Positions 25,168-32,000 of a stretch of 32,000 nt of DNA are shown in pieces. Location of the stretch: the NCBI RefSeq assembly GCF_000007145.1, contig NC_003902.1:460325-492324 (forward strand). Reading direction: 5' to 3'. The position numbers and the translations under genes were made by a program. The stretch comes from Xanthomonas campestris pv. campestris str. ATCC 33913 (lineage in GTDB: Bacteria; Pseudomonadota; Gammaproteobacteria; Xanthomonadales; Xanthomonadaceae). The notes under the pieces are model-generated. The model saw only the letters and a list, made by a program, of their open reading frames with translations, had not been told where the DNA came from and did no database searches. Position 1 is the first letter of the stretch. Every line of letters begins with the position of its first letter.

Positions 25168-26814
25168 TTACCGGTGCCCACGTTCCTCACGTGCGCGCAC
25201 GCGGCGGTCGAAGACCAGCGCACTGAGCACGATACCCAGGCCCAGGAACACGCCGAGCAGAAACAGCACCATCGCAATCGCGGGGTAGCCCCAGAGCTTG
25301 AGACCGGTCTCGATCCGCATCATCTGCGAGGACGCCATGATCAGCGCGGCGGTGACGATGCCGGCGGCGACGCGGTTGGCGATCTTCTGCAGGCTTTCCA
25401 TCAGGTGCGACTCTTCCAGCCCGGTCACACGCATCTGCATGCGGTTTTCGGCCACCAGCGAGAGGATGTCGGACATGCGGCGCGGGCCTTCGCGCAGCAG
25501 GTGCTGCAATTCCATGGCTTCGCTGGCCAGGTTGGCCGCCGACATCGACTTCTTCAGGCGTGCGCGCATCACGTGCTGCAGGTGGCGTTCGACGATGCGG
25601 CGGGTGTCCAATGCCGGCGACAGCGCGCGGCACACGCCTTCCAGGTTCAGCAAGGTCTTGCCGAGCAGGCTCAGCTCCGGCGGGGTGCGCAGGCCGGTGG
25701 CGGTGGCAATGCGCACCAGGTCCAGCACCACGCGGCCCTCGGAGGTGGCGTCGTGTGCGGCGTAGCGGGCAATCATCTGCCCGGTTTCGCGCAGGTAGCG
25801 CTCCTCGTCGTAGTCCTCCAGGCGCGTGCTGAGCGCGATGGTTTCCTCGGCGACTTCTTCGCCACGGCCGTCCACGGCGGCAAACAGCAATTTGAGCAGG
25901 CGCTCGCGCAGGCGCGGTGGCACGTGCGCCACCATGCCCAGGTCGAAGATGGCCAGGCGGCCGTCGGGCATCACCCGCAGGTTGCCCGGGTGCGGGTCGG
26001 CATGGATTTCGCCATGCACGAACATCTGGTCCAGGTAGCCCTTGACCAGGGCCGCGGCCAACTCGTCCATCGGCTGCTCGGTGCGGCGCAGGCCGGAGAT
26101 CTTGTCCACGCGCACGCCTTCGGCCAGCTGCATGGTCAGCACCTTGCGGCTGCTGAGGTCCCACACCGGCTGCGGCACCCATAGCAAGGGGAACGGCTTG
26201 AGGTGTTCGCCAAAACGCACCAGGGTCTCGGCCTCGGCCTCGTAGTTGAGTTCGGCGCGCAGGGTCTTGCCGAACTCGCCCAGCCAGTCGGCAAAGCGCA
26301 CGCGGCGGCCGATGCCGGTGAGGCGGTCGGCGGCGTTGGCGAAGCTTTTGAGCACGTCCAGGTCCGAGCGCACCTGCGCGGCGACTTCGGGTTTTTGCAC
26401 CTTGATCGCCACCGGCGTGCCGTCACGCAGGGCGGCGCGATGCACCTGCGCCAGCGAGGCGCAGCCCAGCGGCACCGGGTCGAAATGCGAGAACGCCTTG
26501 TTGACCGCCACGCCGAGCTCTTCTTCGATGATCTGGCGGATGCGCTCCACCGGCACCGAGCTGGTGTTCTCCTGCATGCGCTCCAGCGCGGTGGCGAACT
26601 CAGGCGGCACGATGTCCGGGCGGGTGGAGAGCATCTGGCCGAGTTTGACGAAGGTGGGGCCTAGCGCTTCCAGGTCGGCAACGAACTGGTCCGGCGTGCC
26701 TTCGGCGGGCACTTCGTATTCGTTGACCGCCGCCGGGTCCAGGCTCATGCCGGCAAACACGCCCGACCCGCGGTACCGCAGCAACAGGCGCAGGATCTGC
26801 GTCCGTCGGCTCAT
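25168..26814 (-). CDS. ABC1/UbiB-family atypical protein kinase
   Basis: Motifs are FVKLGQMLSTRPDIVPPEF, FDPVPLGCASLAQVHRAALRDGTPVAIKVQKP and HADPHPGNL. There are two C-terminal TM helices. I set the start at ATG 26814 (MSRRTQILRLLLRYRG...). The longer ORF to 27060 would overlap the divergent gene. ATG 26892 is an alternative start. Confidence 0.85.
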   Translation of the reverse strand: MSRRTQILRLLLRYRGSGVFAGMSLDPAAVNEYEVPAEGTPDQFVADLEALGPTFVKLGQMLSTRPDIVPPEFATALERMQENTSSVPVERIRQIIEEELGVAVNKAFSHFDPVPLGCASLAQVHRAALRDGTPVAIKVQKPEVAAQVRSDLDVLKSFANAADRLTGIGRRVRFADWLGEFGKTLRAELNYEAEAETLVRFGEHLKPFPLLWVPQPVWDLSSRKVLTMQLAEGVRVDKISGLRRTEQPMDELAAALVKGYLDQMFVHGEIHADPHPGNLRVMPDGRLAIFDLGMVAHVPPRLRERLLKLLFAAVDGRGEEVAEETIALSTRLEDYDEERYLRETGQMIARYAAHDATSEGRVVLDLVRIATATGLRTPPELSLLGKTLLNLEGVCRALSPALDTRRIVERHLQHVMRARLKKSMSAANLASEAMELQHLLREGPRRMSDILSLVAENRMQMRVTGLEESHLMESLQKIANRVAAGIVTAALIMASSQMMRIETGLKLWGYPAIAMVLFLLGVFLGLGIVLSALVFDRRVRAREERGHR

Positions 26815-27132
26815 GCCGCCGACCACGGCGTTGTCGGCCGGGTGCGTGGCCTGAGCCGGTGTGCGGTGCGGGTCGTTGGGGCTCAAGGCCATCTCCGGGT
26901 GTGTTGAGCGCCCGAGTGTGGCCAGCGCCGGGTCGTCGTGTGGTGAATCCGCGCCCGGGCCTGCGAACGGGGTGGGCGTACCGCTGCTGCCGGCGGCGCG
27001 CGCGGCGCGGCCTGGCCTGCTGGCGCGTGCTGCCAGTGCCCCGCGGTGTCTCGCCAGCACCCTGGTGCAGCCGTCACCCCATCGGCGCGCAGGATCGGCG
27101 AGAATTCACACCCACCCAAGAAGGACCTCCGC

Positions 27133-28119
<987 letters not shown>

Positions 28120-28262
28120 CGATCATGGGTTGCGCGCCTGCGGGTTGCGCTTGCTAGCCTCTGGCAACACCGCTGGTGCGGTGTGCGGCCAGGTAGTCGC
28201 CTGCGGTGGCATGCGGATGGCATTGGCTGGCCTTGCTGGCGGACAACAGGCGAGAGCGCAAC

Positions 28263-29639
28263 ATGCACAAGATGCTGGACGAGTACGACCATGCAGGTGG
28301 ATCTACGCGTGCAGCGGCGCAGTCAGACCTGCCGCAGGCGGACGATGGGGCGCCCGCGGCACTGGCGTGCGGGCCCGACGCGATCGGGCGCAGACGCTTC
28401 CTGGGGCTGGGGTCGGCAGCAATCGCAGCGAGTGTGGCGGGTGTGCCGGCACGCGCAGCGCTTCCTGCGCGCGGCCAGATGCGGGCCACCTGGGTAACGA
28501 GTGTGCTCAATCTCGACTGGCCAAGTGCGGCGTCCGCCCGTGTGGCCGATCCGGTTGCGCGTGTCATGCTCCAGCAGCAGGAATTGCTGGCGATTCTCGA
28601 CCAGGCCCAGGCGCTGCATCTCAACACGTTGGTCTTTCAGGTCAAGCCATGTGCCGATGCGCTGTATCGGTCGCGGATTCTGCCATGGTCGCCGGTGTTG
28701 ACGGGCGTGCATGGCAAGGATCCCGGTTTCGATCCATTGGCCTTCCTGCTTCGGCACGCGCACGCACGCGGCATCCAGGTCCATGCCTGGCTCAATCCTT
28801 ACCGCGTCTCGACCAACATCAGCCAGGCCACGCGCGATGCGTTGAGCGCTGCATCGCGCGATTCGCCCCCCAGCGTGTACGTGCAACATCCCGAGTGGGT
28901 GGGGGTGGCCGCCAACCGGCTGGTGCTTGATCCCGGTATTCCTGCCGTTCGCCGCTGGATCTGCGCCGTGGTCGCGGAACTGATTGTCCGTTACAACGTG
29001 GATGGTGTGCAGTTCGACGATTATTTCTATAGCGAAACCGCGCAGTCGCCGCTGGACGACGCACAGACCTATGCCCGTCATGGTGCAGGCTTCGTCGACA
29101 AGGGCGATTGGCGGCGCCACAACACCTATCGCTTGATGCGGGAAGTGGGCACGACCATTCGCACGATCCGGCCGAGTGTGGCCTTCGGCGTCAGTCCGGC
29201 AGGGGTATGGCGCAACGTGCAGGACGATCCGCAGGGATCGCAGACGCAGGCAGGCGCTCCGTCGTTCGACGTTGCCTACGCAGATACCCGGCGCTGGGTG
29301 CGTGAAGAACTCGTCGATTACATCGTGCCGCAGATCTATTGGCCGTTTGCGCGCCAGATAGTGCGCTACGACACGATCGCGCGCTGGTGGGCCGACACCG
29401 TCGGCAGCGGCCGTGTCCACCTGTACATCGGCATGGCGTTGTACAAGGTAGGGATTGCGAATGCGCTGGAGCCGGACTGGACCATTGCCGGCGGTGTCCC
29501 GGAGATCGCCCGCCAACTGGATTTGAACGCAGCCCTGCCTCAGATACGTGGATGCATGCTGTTTCGCCAAGGGTTCATTGCCCAACCCCAGACCGGGCAG
29601 GTCATGGACTATCTGAAGCTGCGTTGGCAGGGGAGTTAG
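28263..29639 (+). CDS. glycoside-hydrolase-like family 10 (GHL10, formerly DUF187; YngK/YddW-type) protein with Tat signal
   Basis: The Tat motif is GRRRFLGLGSAAIAASVAG. The mature part reads RATWVTSVLNLDWPS...LNTLVFQVKP...DPLAFLLRHAHARGIQVHAWLNPYR...VDGVQFDDYFY. The start is uncertain because the n-region is long. Confidence 0.8.
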   Translation: MHKMLDEYDHAGGSTRAAAQSDLPQADDGAPAALACGPDAIGRRRFLGLGSAAIAASVAGVPARAALPARGQMRATWVTSVLNLDWPSAASARVADPVARVMLQQQELLAILDQAQALHLNTLVFQVKPCADALYRSRILPWSPVLTGVHGKDPGFDPLAFLLRHAHARGIQVHAWLNPYRVSTNISQATRDALSAASRDSPPSVYVQHPEWVGVAANRLVLDPGIPAVRRWICAVVAELIVRYNVDGVQFDDYFYSETAQSPLDDAQTYARHGAGFVDKGDWRRHNTYRLMREVGTTIRTIRPSVAFGVSPAGVWRNVQDDPQGSQTQAGAPSFDVAYADTRRWVREELVDYIVPQIYWPFARQIVRYDTIARWWADTVGSGRVHLYIGMALYKVGIANALEPDWTIAGGVPEIARQLDLNAALPQIRGCMLFRQGFIAQPQTGQVMDYLKLRWQGS

Positions 29640-31258
29640 TCGGCGCTGATCACCCGGTTCTTGCCGGCCGCCTTGGAGTCGTACATGGCGCGGTCGGCGC
29701 GGCGGATCACCTCGTCCTGGGCTTCGTCGGTGCGGCGCATGGCCACGCCGCCGCTGAAGCTGACGAACACGCGCACGTCCTCATGCAGCAACGAGCGCTG
29801 TGCGAGCGCGCGCTGCAGGCGGATCACCGCGGCGCTGGCCTCGAAGATGGTCGAGTCCGGCAACAGCAACACGAATTCCTCGCCACCGAAGCGCGCAATC
29901 GCATCGGTGGTGCGCAGCACCGACTTGGCCACGTCCACGGTGTGGCGCAACGCGGCGTCGCCACCGGCATGCCCATGGGTCTCGTTGAGGCGGCGGAAGT
30001 CGTCCAGGTCCAGCATCGCCACGCACAGCGGTTGCCCGCTGCGCTGGGTGCGGGTGGCCTCGCGCTCGAACAGTTCTTCGAAGCCGCGCCGGTTGAGGGC
30101 GCCGGTGAGCTGGTCTTCGCGCACCAGCCCGGCGACGTCCTTGAGCTCCTGCTCCAGCGAGGCGATGCGGTGCTCGGCTTCTTCCACCTGGCGGCGCGCG
30201 GACAGTAGCTCGTCGCGCGCGGCCAGCGCCTGCGCCTGCACGCCGGCGGTGTCCTGCAACACGTCCTGCAGCAAGCGGTTGAGGTCGGGAATGCTGCGAG
30301 CGTCGCCGATCGCCTGCGAATAACCGGCAACGCGGTCGTGGTATTCGCCTGTGCTGGTGGCCATGCCGTCGAGCCGGTCGACGAAGGACACCATCATCTC
30401 GCGCATGGCGGTCTTGGAGTCGGCAATGCCCTGCTTGAGCAGGCCTTGCTTGTAGATCACCTCGCGCAGGGTGCCGCGCGCCTGTTCGATCGAACCCACG
30501 TCCATCGGCCCGGCGATCAACTGCCGCACCACCGAGATCTGGCCCTGCAGCCAACTGCGATCGTCCAGGAGTTCGCCGACGTTTTCCAACAATAGGTCGA
30601 ATAACCCCAGCAACAGGTTCTGTTGCTCGCTGGCATCTTCGGCGCGCAAGCCGATCTGGTGGCTGAGCTCGCGCAGCCGCTGTTCCAGGGTGATCAGTTC
30701 GTGGCCGGGTCGCCAGTGGCGCAGTGCCGAGGCCAGCGTCTGCGCTTCTTCGGCCAACTCCGGGCTGCGTTGCAGCAGCGTGGCCAGTGCATTGCCCAGC
30801 GCGTGCCGCAGCAGGTCGCGCAGCTGTTCGGCTTCGGTACGGCCTTCGGCCAGCGAATCGCCGGTATCGATGGTGCGGATGTATTTGTCGATCAGCTGGC
30901 GCAGGGCGCGCCCATACCCGGGCCAGTCGCCGGCGGCATACGCCGTACTCAGGCGTACGCCCATGTCGCCGAGCTCGCCATGCAGGCTGGCAATGCCTTC
31001 GGCAAAGGCCAGCAGCAAGGCTTCCGGGTGCGCGGCATGCGAAAACAGGCGGATCAGTAGCGCAGTGGCAGCGGCGGGGTCATGCGCGCCCGACTTGGCC
31101 TTGGCCGGCACCAGCTGATGTGCAGCCAATCCAGCGCCGTCGCGCTCGCCCAGCACGCTGGGCAAGGTAGCCGGGCGCGCGGTGCCGGCACCGCCCCATG
31201 GCAGCAGACGGCGCAGCCCGCCACGTGGGCGGTTGGGGTGTTCGGGCTGTTCTGCCAT
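29636..31258 (-). CDS. diguanylate cyclase (GGDEF domain) with a long helical N-terminal region
   Basis: The C-terminal GGDEF domain has the active site RFGGEEF. RTTD (an RxxD I-site) lies five residues upstream. The start is ATG 31258 (MAEQPEHPNRPRGG...); the longer ORF to 31471 has an implausible N-terminus. Confidence 0.88.
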   Translation of the reverse strand: MAEQPEHPNRPRGGLRRLLPWGGAGTARPATLPSVLGERDGAGLAAHQLVPAKAKSGAHDPAAATALLIRLFSHAAHPEALLLAFAEGIASLHGELGDMGVRLSTAYAAGDWPGYGRALRQLIDKYIRTIDTGDSLAEGRTEAEQLRDLLRHALGNALATLLQRSPELAEEAQTLASALRHWRPGHELITLEQRLRELSHQIGLRAEDASEQQNLLLGLFDLLLENVGELLDDRSWLQGQISVVRQLIAGPMDVGSIEQARGTLREVIYKQGLLKQGIADSKTAMREMMVSFVDRLDGMATSTGEYHDRVAGYSQAIGDARSIPDLNRLLQDVLQDTAGVQAQALAARDELLSARRQVEEAEHRIASLEQELKDVAGLVREDQLTGALNRRGFEELFEREATRTQRSGQPLCVAMLDLDDFRRLNETHGHAGGDAALRHTVDVAKSVLRTTDAIARFGGEEFVLLLPDSTIFEASAAVIRLQRALAQRSLLHEDVRVFVSFSGGVAMRRTDEAQDEVIRRADRAMYDSKAAGKNRVISAD

Positions 31259-31797
31259 GCGCCAGGTCTCGAGGGTGAAGTACCAACGCCACGTTATCGG
31301 CGTTGGTGCAGGGCCCTTGAGCACGCGCGTGCGCGGTTTGCAGACGCGACCGCAGTAACGCCGACGGCCGTCACACGCAAGGGGCGGATTGCGCGCATCT
31401 GAACCAGTTACGCAGATGACGACAGCCACGGCAGCGGCTCCCGATTTCGGTGCAACGCAGACACCGCGCACCTATGTGGGGATGTCATCGCACTGCAATC
31501 TCACGCTTATGCCGAACGACGCAGCAGAACCACTGCAAGGGAATGTGTGCTGTCTTGGAAAGGTCAGCACGTGTTCACGCATCTTTTATTTAGACGGGGT
31601 GTAGATTCACTGACAAGGACGACGTGGAGTACGCGCGTTGGCCCCGCTCCTCTCTTCGTTGCAAGTCGTCTGGCCACGCAGGCAGGCGATGGTTTTTGCT
31701 TCTCTGTTTTTCCGTCTCCACCCACTTTACGACGGACGTTTAGATGGTTGCCATGATGCCGCTTCACGCCACTACCGCACGCCTAGAGCGCAGCACG

Positions 31798-32000
31798 ATG
31801 ATCCCGACTTCGCTCAAGAAGAGCGTGCGGCCGCGTGATGCGCGCGGCCGTTTCATCCGTCACCACGAGCGTCTGCCGGTTGCACTGGCCGATACGCGCG
31901 GTGCCTTGTTCGTGGTGTCGGAGATGGCGGACTTCATCAAGGCCGGCGGCCTGGGTGATGTGGCGGCGGCACTGCCGCGCGCATTGCGCCATCGCTACGA
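31798..32000 (+). CDS. glgA: glycogen synthase, 5' part only (continues past the right edge)
   Basis: In frame 1, ...RGALFVVSEMADFIKAGGLGDVAAALPRALRHRY is the GlgA N-terminal K-x-GGL motif. The start is uncertain (ATG 31744, 31753, 31756 or 31798). It is not in the ORF track because it has no stop in the window. Confidence 0.8.
   Translation, partial: MIPTSLKKSVRPRDARGRFIRHHERLPVALADTRGALFVVSEMADFIKAGGLGDVAAALPRALRHRY

Noticed and set aside
25174-26184. ORFs of 336 aa (plus strand) and 331 aa (minus strand, other frame) overlap the ABC1-kinase gene.
   Set aside because: They are shadow frames. Only the 25168-26814 minus-strand frame carries kinase motifs and native-looking codon bias.

Overview
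This is a high-GC chromosomal segment. Its composition and gene content look Xanthomonas-like, which is an inference only. The left core carries a partial hypothetical gene, bioF, bioB, a divergent ComF-family gene, ubiA and tRNA-Arg(CCG). A decayed genomic island of about 12.8 kb sits at the 3' end of that tRNA. It is bounded by 25-nt imperfect direct repeats (4914-4938 and 17696-17720, 23/25 identical). The island holds an N-terminal stump of a P4-type integrase, an IS4-family (IS10-like) element with a frameshifted transposase, and the N-terminal stump of a TonB-dependent receptor (TBDR). It also holds an intact siderophore-type TBDR, two divergent DUF2946-like His/Cys membrane proteins and a SodA-type (Mn-type) superoxide dismutase with an N-terminal secretion signal. 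On the other strand it holds a second TBDR, preceded by a perfect 19-bp palindrome (Zur/Fur-family-like) and followed 50 bp later by a Tat-signal class-V PLP enzyme. An IS3-family (IS407-group) element with an A6G -1 frameshift site lies near the right end. The right core carries a short HPF/RaiA protein, an MscK-like channel, about 1 kb with no convincing gene, opgB and an 8-bp tandem repeat. It then carries an ABC1/UbiB-family kinase, a DUF808 protein, a Tat-signal GHL10 glycosidase-like protein, a GGDEF cyclase and the start of glgA. The most interesting material is the island cargo, which looks like an envelope metal-uptake and periplasmic redox module (TBDRs, DUF2946-like proteins, exported Mn-type SOD, Tat-exported PLP enzyme). 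I cannot match it to a described system. All functional calls rest on motif recognition by eye; no database search was run.
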